From a virus (Duplodnaviria; Caudoviricetes): 64,000 nucleotides of DNA. Every line of letters begins with the position of its first letter. The first letter of the stretch is position 1. The notes beneath the pieces were generated by a model, which worked only from the letters and a program-made list of their open reading frames with translations, was not told where the DNA came from and made no database searches. Where the stretch lies: IMG/VR virus record IMGVR_UViG_3300031564_000194, positions 3,114 through 67,113 of that record. One strand, given 5' to 3'. Both the position numbers and the translations under genes were made by a program. Positions 20,346 to 29,320 of the stretch are shown here, in pieces.

Positions 20346-20783
20346 TTACCCCACAAGCGCAGCTTCAGCTGCCCGACGTTTAACAAGACCGGGGAGAATG
20401 CGCCCTCCTCCGCGAACCCACTTCATGAGTTGGGCAGGGACATCTGCCCAGTTACCTTCATCGACTCGTTTTCTGAGTGTTGATCCTTTGTAAGCTCCGA
20501 GACCGAGGTTGTAGGAGAAGTCCGTAATCGCGCTGAGCCTTGCGTCTTTCTCATGAACCAATCGCGGCGATGCGCGGAGAACACCCTGCGCAAATTTGAT
20601 AGCGTCTTGCTCAAGCCTTTGGTCTGCATACTCTTGAGTCCACGGTTTACCTGGAAAAACATCCACGCCGGTACTTCCCCAACCGCATGTCCATACACCA
20701 GCTGGGCAAAGGTAAGGAGTCAGCCTACATCCCTCAAACCGGCGAGCCAGCGTGAAGAACTCAATGAGCCTTTCTTCGATCAC
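20346..20783 (-). CDS. endolysin, GH24 lysozyme, 145 aa
   Basis: FEGCRLTPYLCPAGVWTCGWG catalytic motif; GLVKRRAAE C-terminus. Confidence 0.92.
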   Translation of the reverse strand: MIEERLIEFFTLARRFEGCRLTPYLCPAGVWTCGWGSTGVDVFPGKPWTQEYADQRLEQDAIKFAQGVLRASPRLVHEKDARLSAITDFSYNLGLGAYKGSTLRKRVDEGNWADVPAQLMKWVRGGGRILPGLVKRRAAEAALVG

Positions 20784-21241
20784 TTCCCAATCCCTTTGTG
20801 GATGCGATCACCGATGAAGATACCGAGGAAGGCAGCGATCAACTCCTTGTCGAAGTCCGACAAGGCGGTTGCCACAGCCATACTGACCACCCAGACAACC
20901 AGGGCGATTGTGGCCCCAGCTGGGCGAATGCAAGCGTTCCAACCATCAACAAAAGGTAGCCCAGTCTTGACAGCGGTAGCTTTGACCGCCTCAATGAATG
21001 CGTCCATCTCACCCTTGGCGATGTTCGCTTCGGATACCACCTGAACCTCACGCACATTCAGATCGGATTGAAGTTTGATCCGAGCACAATCACGCTCGTG
21101 GCGACTTCCTTCCAGTTCATTCTGCAGCCGCATCAAATCCATTTCATGCAGGTGATCCTGACGCTTATTCAACCAGTCCATCACCTGACCAAAAATCAGA
21201 CGGAAGGCTGTTCCGCCGAAGAAAGAGAGAAGGGTCATCAT
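20780..21241 (-). CDS. putative holin-like membrane protein, 153 aa
   Basis: Hydrophobic N-terminus, coiled coil, WNACIRP plus two C-terminal TM segments; adjacent to endolysin. Confidence 0.55.
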   Translation of the reverse strand: MMTLLSFFGGTAFRLIFGQVMDWLNKRQDHLHEMDLMRLQNELEGSRHERDCARIKLQSDLNVREVQVVSEANIAKGEMDAFIEAVKATAVKTGLPFVDGWNACIRPAGATIALVVWVVSMAVATALSDFDKELIAAFLGIFIGDRIHKGIGK

Positions 21242-21846
21242 TTGGCTTGCTCCTTAACTACTGGTGTTGCCGGGGCGGCTTGAGGTACAGCTGCGTGATA
21301 CAAGGTTGTTGCAGCCCAAATGCTGAGTGGGCCTAACACGGCCACAACAGCAGCACGACGATAGAACTTGAAGTCTGCACTCGACTCTTCGTCCTTCGCC
21401 TTCTGAGCCTTCACGTACTCCATCAGTTCTTTGTCTGAAGGTGCAGACTCCATCCATGATTCATGAGCCTTACCATGACCACGGAAGTCGGGTTTACCCT
21501 CATCATCCTTCGGAAACGCCTGTGCGATCTGCTTGCAGAAATTCTCCATACGCTCGGCGTACTCGTGGAAACTTTGCGACAAGATGTTGTGGCGATGCTC
21601 GCTATTCTCGATATGGCTTGTCAAAGCATCACGCAACTCAGCGTTACCTTCGATGATCTCCCGATACCGCTCCATCTCTTCGTTCGTGTGAGTGGATAGC
21701 ATCTTCTGCACTTCCGCCGCGTGGGCGTCCATTTTCTTGTCCATGAGCTTGATAACGTGGAGTGATACCGTCGGGTCTTTGTCAGTAGCTCTGCGCATGG
21801 GCATTTCCACGCTTTCGAGGTCATGAACAGGTTCGATTGCGCTCAT
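21238..21846 (-). CDS. lysis-cassette membrane-anchored protein, 202 aa
   Basis: Start reassigned to ATG 21846 (SD GGAGG); coiled coil with C-terminal TM. Confidence 0.5.
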   Translation of the reverse strand: MSAIEPVHDLESVEMPMRRATDKDPTVSLHVIKLMDKKMDAHAAEVQKMLSTHTNEEMERYREIIEGNAELRDALTSHIENSEHRHNILSQSFHEYAERMENFCKQIAQAFPKDDEGKPDFRGHGKAHESWMESAPSDKELMEYVKAQKAKDEESSADFKFYRRAAVVAVLGPLSIWAATTLYHAAVPQAAPATPVVKEQAK

Positions 21847-22535
21847 CAGAGTCCTCCGTAGGCCACAATGCGTGTTTTGTGCTTGTACCGCTCCCACTCG
21901 GCTTTGACGTTGGCGCAATACTCTTCGAATGACTGCTTGTATTCCTGACTCTTGCCTTTGTCGAAAGTCTCAGAGTCATTCTTCTTGTACGCCAGATGCT
22001 TCATCCAGTCCAAGAAGTAGAGATGATGATCTTCACGAACCTCGTCCATGAGGCCGTTCTCATCGGTGATAGTGTTCAGGGGTAAGCGAAACACGTCCAA
22101 CAAGAGGGTGTCGTTTTCCGCTGGGATTTGAATGGTCTTTGCTTTTCCGCGCTGACGACCAATGACCAGATAGCGCACAGGCCCAGGTGTGTTGGTCATC
22201 ATGAATTGGCGGAACTGGCCGTAATCGTAGGCGCTCTTGAACAGCTTCGGGGTATCGGTCTGGTTGATCACCTCGACGATACCGGCATCAGAGAGTCGCG
22301 TTGCCCCCATGATGCGCAGGATGGACGGGTGCAGATCGTACATGTCTGTACCCGCCACCAAATCAACGTTGCACACCTCACTGGTTGTGATGTCTGCAAT
22401 GCCACCCGTGAGTCGCACGAACATCTTGTAGGCCGCATCCATGTAGCGGAAGACCTCTTCGTCTTTCCAAAGATACGGCTTCGCCGTGTCCACTACGTCG
22501 GAGCGAAAGGCGTCGTACAACTCTTGGGCGTTCAC
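21846..22535 (-). CDS. head-tail adaptor / head completion protein, 229 aa
   Basis: YLWKDEEVFRYMDAA...HLYFLDWMKHLAYKK pattern of podovirus adaptors; downstream of capsid genes. Confidence 0.65.
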   Translation of the reverse strand: MNAQELYDAFRSDVVDTAKPYLWKDEEVFRYMDAAYKMFVRLTGGIADITTSEVCNVDLVAGTDMYDLHPSILRIMGATRLSDAGIVEVINQTDTPKLFKSAYDYGQFRQFMMTNTPGPVRYLVIGRQRGKAKTIQIPAENDTLLLDVFRLPLNTITDENGLMDEVREDHHLYFLDWMKHLAYKKNDSETFDKGKSQEYKQSFEEYCANVKAEWERYKHKTRIVAYGGL

Positions 22536-22537
22536 GA

Positions 22538-22912
22538 TCAGGCTTCCTTAGAGGCCACGTACTCTTGCCAAGCGGTATTGCGTTCCTTCTTGCTGATGCT
22601 GAAGGGCAGCATGGCACGCAGCTTTTCGAATGTGGGTGTACCGGAAGCATCGAAGTCTTCCCGGTCATTGGTAGCCACCAACTTGTCGAACACCTTGATG
22701 AACTCAGCCTTGCGTTCTTCAGGGGTCAGTTGGACGGTTGTCCCTTCTTCGTCACCACCCATGTCCACTTCGGTATCAACCGGGTCTGCGCCGATAGCGA
22801 TGGCAGACTTGTGGAGTTCAGGGGGCACGTAGGTGGGTTGACCTTTCTCGAAACGGATGTTGTGACCACGTTCGATCAGGTTGTGGATGCGGTTCAGAAC
22901 AAAATTAGCCAT
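22538..22912 (-). CDS. hypothetical head-associated protein, 124 aa
   Basis: ORF track; SD AGGAG. Confidence 0.55.
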   Translation of the reverse strand: MANFVLNRIHNLIERGHNIRFEKGQPTYVPPELHKSAIAIGADPVDTEVDMGGDEEGTTVQLTPEERKAEFIKVFDKLVATNDREDFDASGTPTFEKLRAMLPFSISKKERNTAWQEYVASKEA

Positions 22913-22938
22913 GGAAGTCTCCTAACAACGATGGATAG

Positions 22939-22964
22939 AACAACGGGGCCGAAGCCCCGTTGTT
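22939..22964 (-). terminator. intrinsic terminator-like hairpin after the capsid/decoration genes
   Basis: 11-bp stem AACAACGGGGC/GCCCCGTTGTT with a UUCG loop on the minus strand. Confidence 0.7.
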
Positions 22965-22975
22965 TGCAGGCTCTA

Positions 22976-23506
22976 TCAGCTGATAGAGTTTTCGGTGACG
23001 CGCCCGTCGATGGTGTACTGGACGCGAATCCGTACCCGACCAGCGGTGGCGGTGGCAGCAAGCCCTGCCAAGGTCAGACGCAGGTTCTGACCGTTGTTGC
23101 ACAGGGTGGGGCTGAAGGAAGCCACGGTGAGTTGGCTACCGCTTGTGGCGGCGTCCAAGTCAGCAGCATTCACCACAGCAGTGGTGTTACCGGCAACACC
23201 CAGAGACAGGGTGGCGGAAGCACCGATACCGGCGAAGGCGGTTTCAACGAAAGCCTTCACGTCCTGAAGCACAGCACCAATTGGCATGGGGATGGCGTCG
23301 AGGACGATGCCGGTGCCGGACACCAGAAGAGGCACGGTGTCGCCAGTGGCGGGGTCGATGGCGGTAACGGTGCCAGAGTTGGTCACAGCTGCGCCGAAGG
23401 TCTTCTTGGAACCATCAACACTGTCAACAGCCCAGTCATTGAAGTTGAAGATGAACTCTTGGAACAGAGGCCATTGAGCGCCGCGAGAAGCAAGCAGTTT
23501 CGACAT
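22976..23506 (-). CDS. capsid decoration protein, 176 aa
   Basis: Directly after the major capsid gene; beta-rich. Confidence 0.6.
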   Translation of the reverse strand: MSKLLASRGAQWPLFQEFIFNFNDWAVDSVDGSKKTFGAAVTNSGTVTAIDPATGDTVPLLVSGTGIVLDAIPMPIGAVLQDVKAFVETAFAGIGASATLSLGVAGNTTAVVNAADLDAATSGSQLTVASFSPTLCNNGQNLRLTLAGLAATATAGRVRIRVQYTIDGRVTENSIS

Positions 23507-23518
23507 GGTGATGTCTCC

Positions 23519-24652
23519 TTATTGAGCGCAGTAGATCGACAGGACGCCGTGGTCTTGCACGGTCTTGCCGGAGTACTGGGTGTAGAACTGGGGCTTCAGG
23601 AAACCCAGAATCTTGGAAACGGCGATGCCGAAGCTGTTGCCGTAGTCGTCTTCCTGCTCGTCCCATTCGGGGTTGCCGATGTCGGCCATACCCAGAGCTT
23701 GGGCACCGCAGAACAGGATTTGGCAACCATCAACAGCACCAGCAGCGCCCCACTTGGAACCGGAAGCAGCACCAGCGGTGTTGTAGACGTGGCGGAACTC
23801 GTGCAGGACGATGCCGTCAACCTTCACGGAAGAACCAGTCATGAAGCTGGACTGATCACCCTTACCCATTTGGGCGTAGCGCAGGTTGTCGCGGTAGGTC
23901 TGGTCGAGCTTGAGCTTAGCCATGGCTTGAGGGGTCAGGAAGGCGTGGTAAAGCTCTTCACCTTCGGTGCTCAGCGTGCCACGGATGTAGTTGTCCTTGG
24001 CATAGGCTTTTGCCTGGACGAACATTTCCCAAGTGGGATAGTCACCAGTACCGCTCAGACCGGCAGTGATACCACCAGTACCTTGGTTGACCAGCAGAGA
24101 CTTGGTGCTGTGACCGTCCCAGGTCAGATTCCGCTTGCTGGTGGGTGCCTTCACGTCAGCAGCGAATTCCAGGTTGACCAGATCGGAACCAAGGCGGGAA
24201 GCACCCTTGTTGGTCTTGTCGAAGGTCACACCGGAGAGGGCCAGGAAAGCCAGCTGGTCGATACGGTCAGCCAGCCAGTAGGCCAGCTTGTCGCGGGACT
24301 GTTCGCGGAAAGTCACGATGGACTTCTGGTCAGCCATACGACCTTCGTTGTGGTTAGCGTTACGCATTTGGTCGATGCGGATCACCTGATCGTAGGACTT
24401 GAGGACTTCCTCGTTGCCCTTCAGGGTGCGATCACCAACCACACCGTCGCCTTCCATGTCGGCAACCAGGGTGATCACAGCGCGAGCGCCCTTCTCCGTC
24501 TTCTTCAGCTCGTCGATGTGCTGAATCATGGAGTTGGAATCTTTGCCCAGGAACTTGTTGACGAAAGAGTAGTTACGGGCTTGCTTCCAGAAGTCCATCG
24601 ACCAGATGGTCTTCTGTTCATTGGTCAATAGACCAAAATTGGTATTTGCCAT
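23519..24652 (-). CDS. major capsid protein (N4-gp56/DUF4043 type), 377 aa
   Basis: ELKKTEKGARAVITL...GDRTLKGNEE...RIDQMRNA...FREQSRDKLAYW pattern; after scaffold; strongly biased codons; SD AGGAG. Confidence 0.9.
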   Translation of the reverse strand: MANTNFGLLTNEQKTIWSMDFWKQARNYSFVNKFLGKDSNSMIQHIDELKKTEKGARAVITLVADMEGDGVVGDRTLKGNEEVLKSYDQVIRIDQMRNANHNEGRMADQKSIVTFREQSRDKLAYWLADRIDQLAFLALSGVTFDKTNKGASRLGSDLVNLEFAADVKAPTSKRNLTWDGHSTKSLLVNQGTGGITAGLSGTGDYPTWEMFVQAKAYAKDNYIRGTLSTEGEELYHAFLTPQAMAKLKLDQTYRDNLRYAQMGKGDQSSFMTGSSVKVDGIVLHEFRHVYNTAGAASGSKWGAAGAVDGCQILFCGAQALGMADIGNPEWDEQEDDYGNSFGIAVSKILGFLKPQFYTQYSGKTVQDHGVLSIYCAQ

Positions 24653-24862
24653 TTGAGGCTCCTATCACGTTAAAAATGTCGAACGAATCTGACGCTATCT
24701 AATGCGGCGTCTTTGCATCCCACATGTCGCTGTGAGCGGCGAAACGAACGACCTTTAACGGTGACGAGCCGGGCAGATGCGCTCTGCTAAGCGAGACTTG
24801 GTACAAACCCCAAGAGGTTGGCACCTTACGGGTGCCAATCGGTTCCGAAGAACATGGAGCGG

Positions 24863-24891
24863 AGAATATCAGAGGCTGTAAGAGTGCGCAA
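24863..24891 (-). promoter_or_regulatory. sigma70-like promoter upstream of the capsid gene
   Basis: TTGCGC-17 nt-TATTCT; the spacer is the recurring ACTCT-N6-CTCTGA element. Confidence 0.6.
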
Positions 24892-24897
24892 GACTAC

Positions 24898-24936
24898 TTA
24901 GCACTTCTTGCCGCCACCTTTCTTCTTTCCTGCCAC
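24898..24936 (-). CDS. candidate 12-aa basic micropeptide (M)AGKKKGGGKKC
   Basis: GTG start 4 nt after the extended SD GGGGGTGAT; TAA stop. Confidence 0.4.
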   Translation of the reverse strand: MAGKKKGGGKKC

Positions 24937-24961
24937 TAGGATCACCCCCTTTCGCTACGAA

Positions 24962-25318
24962 TCATTCTTTGAAGCAATGGACAACAGCACGGAAGATGAA
25001 ATCCTTCGCCTGTTGCTCCTTCGGCAGATCAGCAAAAGGAACCAAGCACGGATGCTCCTTTTTCTCAGGGTCTTTCACAGGGCCGTACTTCCAGCCGTCG
25101 TCGAGCTTCTGCTTCATCCAGCTGATGTGACTGGCCTCGGGGCCGAAGTCACCCATCAAGTGCAGATCGACCCCCATACGGGCGGACTCTCGCTGCCACT
25201 CAGGAGCATCCTCCCAGGATGGTTGAGACATGTCACCCAAGGACTGGCAATAGGCGCGGTTTACCTCGTGGCAAATACGAGCGATGTCGTCCATCTTCTT
25301 GAAGTCGGCGTAGCTCAT
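24962..25318 (-). CDS. RyR-domain protein, 118 aa
   Basis: CHEVNRAYC...HISWMKQKLDDGWKYGPVKDPEKKEHPCLVPFADLP. Confidence 0.8.
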   Translation of the reverse strand: MSYADFKKMDDIARICHEVNRAYCQSLGDMSQPSWEDAPEWQRESARMGVDLHLMGDFGPEASHISWMKQKLDDGWKYGPVKDPEKKEHPCLVPFADLPKEQQAKDFIFRAVVHCFKE

Positions 25319-25686
25319 TGCTTTTCTCCAAATAAGATTTCCGATACAGCTTGCCAGTCCACATACGGGCGACCGTTGTTTTGAAGTACCAGCGGTGTGC
25401 CCAGGGCAGCGTCGTCGATGTACATCTGAGCGTAAGCCTTCGGACTCTCACTCCATGTGTGTTGGTCAGGATTTCGATTCACACCCCAGAGTTGAATACC
25501 GTTGTCTGAAAACCACTGGACGGCAGCTTCAAGATGTTCACCACTACGCATCGTCCAGAGAATCAAGCGGTGACCTTCTTCAGCCAATCGCCGCAACACT
25601 GGAACCGCCCCAATATCGCGCCCAATAGCAGGAAACTCGTGCGTCACACAAGTGCCGTCGAAATCAACTGCAATGATGCGGCTCAT
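25315..25686 (-). CDS. HAD-superfamily phosphatase (BT0820-like), 123 aa
   Basis: IAVDFDGT motif I, LILWTMR motif II, YIDD motif IV. Confidence 0.85.
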   Translation of the reverse strand: MSRIIAVDFDGTCVTHEFPAIGRDIGAVPVLRRLAEEGHRLILWTMRSGEHLEAAVQWFSDNGIQLWGVNRNPDQHTWSESPKAYAQMYIDDAALGTPLVLQNNGRPYVDWQAVSEILFGEKQ

Positions 25687-26735
25687 ACCTCGTCACCCCG
25701 CAGACGCTTGCGAGTGGCCTCGGGTAGAGCGTCGAACTCCTCACGGGTCAGTCGGCTGGCGTCGATCTTCTGCTCGCCGGACTTGTCGCTGTCCTTACCA
25801 GAGTCACGCATGCTACCGGGTTGACGCTTAGAGGTGTCGAGGTTCTTGTCCACCTGGGTGGCTTTGCGATCCTCACCCTTGGCCTTACCAAGACCCTTGG
25901 TTTCACCCTCCTCCTTCTTTTCGGAGGTGTTGATGAACTTGCTGGCGATCTTCTCAGCAGCCTTGAGCAGAGCAGCTGAAGGTGCAATGCGCTGCTCACG
26001 GATCAAACGTTGCTGCTCGGCAAGCACGAGGTCAACGAGGTCTTCATCGAACACTTCGCTATTCTCGTTGAACTGAGGATAGTCGGACTCCAACCGGGCA
26101 ATGGCCGCATCCATACGAACCTGCTCAACAGCCTGGGCAGTAGCTGCCGTAGTTTTCTCTTCGCTCTCCATGCGAGCGATCTTCCGCTCGGCAAGGCGGA
26201 TTTCCTTCATGTAGCTGGTGGCCTTTTCGTGATCACCATCGACCAGGGCTTTGGCGTGCTTTGCCTCAAGCTCCTCAACGGTCTGTTCCATCTTCTTCAA
26301 GTCCTCGGACTTTTCTTCCTGCTTGAGCTTGGCTTCCAACTCAGCAGCACGACGCTCGGCAGCTTCACGAGCTTCACGCTCCTTGTTCACAGCCTGATCG
26401 AATCGCTCCTTGGGAATGACATCCTTCTTGGCAAACTTGCCATCCTTGTCACGGGGCTGATCGTCGGTTTTGCCGTCCTTGTCACGGGCAGCTGCTTCAG
26501 CGGCCAGCCGTTCTGCTTCAGCCGCAGCCTCTGCATTAGACCCTTCGCCGGAGCCTTCACCACCTTCACCACCACCTTCACCACCGCCTTCGCCGGAGCC
26601 TTCGCCACCGTTATCGTTACCACCACCGTTATCGAGGTTGTCGCCGCGATCTTGGCTACCGCCACCACCGCCGCTGCCACCGTCATCTTCCGGGGCCATA
26701 AAGGGTTGCAACATCTTCATGAGAAGAGGGTTCAT
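25683..26735 (-). CDS. capsid scaffolding protein, 350 aa
   Basis: Between portal and capsid genes; Gly/Glu low-complexity N-terminus, IPKERFD motif, coiled coil. Confidence 0.75.
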   Translation of the reverse strand: MNPLLMKMLQPFMAPEDDGGSGGGGGSQDRGDNLDNGGGNDNGGEGSGEGGGEGGGEGGEGSGEGSNAEAAAEAERLAAEAAARDKDGKTDDQPRDKDGKFAKKDVIPKERFDQAVNKEREAREAAERRAAELEAKLKQEEKSEDLKKMEQTVEELEAKHAKALVDGDHEKATSYMKEIRLAERKIARMESEEKTTAATAQAVEQVRMDAAIARLESDYPQFNENSEVFDEDLVDLVLAEQQRLIREQRIAPSAALLKAAEKIASKFINTSEKKEEGETKGLGKAKGEDRKATQVDKNLDTSKRQPGSMRDSGKDSDKSGEQKIDASRLTREEFDALPEATRKRLRGDEV

Positions 26736-26740
26736 ACGGA

Positions 26741-28909
26741 TTACTCCTGTGGATGTTTGCCGTCACCGGCTGTGTTGAAAGATTGCTGCTGTTGCTCGCG
26801 GAGTTTCGCCGCCCGTTGGGCCAGCGCGTCCTCTTCACGAATCTGTGATTGCTGCGCGTGGTCTTGCGCCTGCATGGTCATCTTCTGGTGATGCTCACGC
26901 ATCTGCAGTTCGAGTTTCTGTGCCATTTCTTCCTGCTTCAACGCCATCTCTTCGCGCATCTTCTGGAGTTCCATCTCCATGCGCTCACGCTCAAGCTGAA
27001 GCTCTTCCTGCAACTTGTAGAGATCAAGTTGGCCGTCGTCCTGGCCTTCCTTCTGAGCCTTTGCCATCTTGAGTTGGGCATCAGCCTGCTTATTGGCACC
27101 CTCCCCTTGCAGCTTCTGCAGTTCTGCTTGCTGCAAGGCGTCTTGCATCTGCTTCTGACGCTGCGCTTCGGGGCTGTTCTGATCACCCTGCATCTGCTTG
27201 ACGATCTCAGAACGGCGCATCAGGCGGCTGTTTTCGATCAGTACGCTGTCAGGGATAGGCACACCGATTTCCTTCAGCGCACGCGCCTGTTCGAACTGGC
27301 TATCTTCGATAGAAGCGCGGTACGGGCTGGAGGTGACGGTGATGTCGTACTCACCCAGCGTCAGGTCGTTCATGATCTCGCCGCTGACAGGATCAGGTTG
27401 GTTGATCTGGACGTTCTCAGGTTCGCGGGTCACATCAATGTGGGTGATGGTGACGATGCGAGGCTCGGTGTAGTACTGCTGAATCAGATCAAGGGCGTTC
27501 CGAGCAATGATGTAGTCGGTACGCTCAAGGTTATCCAGCACCTTGGTCATGTTCACGCTACCGCGTTGCTGCTTGTAGGCGATGGCCTTCGCAGCCACAT
27601 CCTCGCGGTCAAAACCCTGCATGGAGTCGCTGACGTTGGAGATCGACTTGATGGACTCCTCGGCCTTGTAGGAGACACGATCCAGCCCAGTTGGGGTCTG
27701 ATTCGGAGTGATCTTCTGCGGAGGCTCTGCGCCCTTCTTGAACTCCAGCACCAGACCAGTCTGGGCACCGCGAGACTCAAGCTCTTCGATGGTCATGTTC
27801 AGCAACGAGTCCTGCTCGACCACCCAACCTGAGTTGGCCGTGGTGTTCACAATGTGAAGTTCTTGGCTAGAGACCTTGTTCAGGATTTCTTGGGGGCCAA
27901 GCAGGTTCTCAACGATACCAACCGTGTGGCCGTATCTGAAGTAGGGGAAGTAAGGGATGACAGTGAAATGCTTGTAGGGAGACCACTCATCGTGCAGAAC
28001 CACGTTGTCAGCTGTCACTGTCCAGCGAATCCGCTTGACCAGCTTCTTGGTGGTGCTGATGCGACCCATACCTTTTTCGATCAAGGCTGCGATCTTGTCC
28101 CGATCCCAGTCATTTGGCACGGGGCGCATATCCCCTGTCTCGATGTCCACGAAGTGAAGTTGCTTGTCCAGCTTCCGGTACTGACGCTCCAGCACACGGA
28201 TGTTCCGACGCACGTTGGCCGGGTCGCCAATACCGTAGTAACCCGTCACAGGGTACACACCACCGAAACGATCACGAGTGCGTTCCAGGCTGTCGAAACC
28301 GTAGACGAAGCTAGATGACTCACGCTCTTGCAGGTACTTCGCATCCTCATCGTTGTAGAGGATGGAGATGTCTTGTCCGGTGAGCCACTTGGTGACGAAT
28401 ACATCGTTCCAAGAGTCCGGGTCGTACTCCTCGGCATCCGGGTCGATCACCACGTTCTTGGAGTTCAAGTTCTTGATGTCGATCTCACCCTGCATGGAGT
28501 CGTCGAACTTCATTCGCATTTCGACGAAGCCACGACTACGGATGATCCCGTCACAGAACAGATCGGAGCGCACCCAAGGCAGCTGGTTCTCCTGGGAGAT
28601 GTGCATCCACATCTTTGTCAGGGCGTCAGCCACATCTGAGGGTGAGCCGTTCTTCGGGCGATAGAGGATTTCTGTGCGGTTGTAGATTTGCTCACCCAAG
28701 ATCGTGCCCACCGTGGACAGAATCTTGTTAATAGTCAGGGCTGGGCGGCGTTGCTCTTTGAGCGAGGCCAAGTCAGCGGGATTCCACTGCTCTCCCCGGA
28801 AAAACTGCTCGCACTTGTCCGCTTTGATGATGAAGTCGAGGTGGCCGCGATCTCGGCAATACTGAAAGCGGAGCCACTGTTCCTGGGAGAGTTCGGGATT
28901 AACTGGCAT
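26741..28909 (-). CDS. portal protein (P22-like), 722 aa
   Basis: FFRGEQW...RRPALTINKI N-terminus; Gln-rich C-terminal barrel; position. Confidence 0.88.
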   Translation of the reverse strand: MPVNPELSQEQWLRFQYCRDRGHLDFIIKADKCEQFFRGEQWNPADLASLKEQRRPALTINKILSTVGTILGEQIYNRTEILYRPKNGSPSDVADALTKMWMHISQENQLPWVRSDLFCDGIIRSRGFVEMRMKFDDSMQGEIDIKNLNSKNVVIDPDAEEYDPDSWNDVFVTKWLTGQDISILYNDEDAKYLQERESSSFVYGFDSLERTRDRFGGVYPVTGYYGIGDPANVRRNIRVLERQYRKLDKQLHFVDIETGDMRPVPNDWDRDKIAALIEKGMGRISTTKKLVKRIRWTVTADNVVLHDEWSPYKHFTVIPYFPYFRYGHTVGIVENLLGPQEILNKVSSQELHIVNTTANSGWVVEQDSLLNMTIEELESRGAQTGLVLEFKKGAEPPQKITPNQTPTGLDRVSYKAEESIKSISNVSDSMQGFDREDVAAKAIAYKQQRGSVNMTKVLDNLERTDYIIARNALDLIQQYYTEPRIVTITHIDVTREPENVQINQPDPVSGEIMNDLTLGEYDITVTSSPYRASIEDSQFEQARALKEIGVPIPDSVLIENSRLMRRSEIVKQMQGDQNSPEAQRQKQMQDALQQAELQKLQGEGANKQADAQLKMAKAQKEGQDDGQLDLYKLQEELQLERERMEMELQKMREEMALKQEEMAQKLELQMREHHQKMTMQAQDHAQQSQIREEDALAQRAAKLREQQQQSFNTAGDGKHPQE

Positions 28910-28915
28910 GGTGTC

Positions 28916-29272
28916 TCACTTCAAGAATTTGAGCTTGTACTGGGTGCCTCGGATGAGGGCCACGATCTCGTCGATGATGTTTTGGAGGTAGGTGTCATCC
29001 CCGTCGCAGCATTGAGAGCGGTTCTTTTCAATCCAGTCGGAAATCTCAGAGAATAATTCGAGTGCGTCAGAGTGTTGGACGTATTTAGACGGAAAGCTGT
29101 CGATCAAACCGTAGTCGCCCTGGTAGGCTTCGGCCAACTTGTCCGCCAGATCAACGATGTCTTCGTAGAAGGTTTCAAGCGCCTTGTGGGCTGCGTAGCT
29201 GCGAGTCTTCAAGTGCAGAACGTGTGCATTTGTTCGTGCATGGAAGCACAGCATGATGAGTTCACCCATCAC
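28916..29272 (-). CDS. ferritin/Dps-like four-helix protein (DUF5856-like), 118 aa
   Basis: HVLHLKTRSYAAHKALETFYE...DKLAEAYQG...LQNIIDEI. Confidence 0.65.
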   Translation of the reverse strand: MMGELIMLCFHARTNAHVLHLKTRSYAAHKALETFYEDIVDLADKLAEAYQGDYGLIDSFPSKYVQHSDALELFSEISDWIEKNRSQCCDGDDTYLQNIIDEIVALIRGTQYKLKFLK

Positions 29273-29320
29273 GGTTGACTCCAGTCTTAATATGTGCGAT
29301 GGCGTCAGAGTGTATCAGAG

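Noticed and set aside
22565-24631. 688-aa plus-strand ORF
   Set aside because: Antisense shadow of the strongly codon-biased capsid and decoration genes; no SD and no recognisable motifs.
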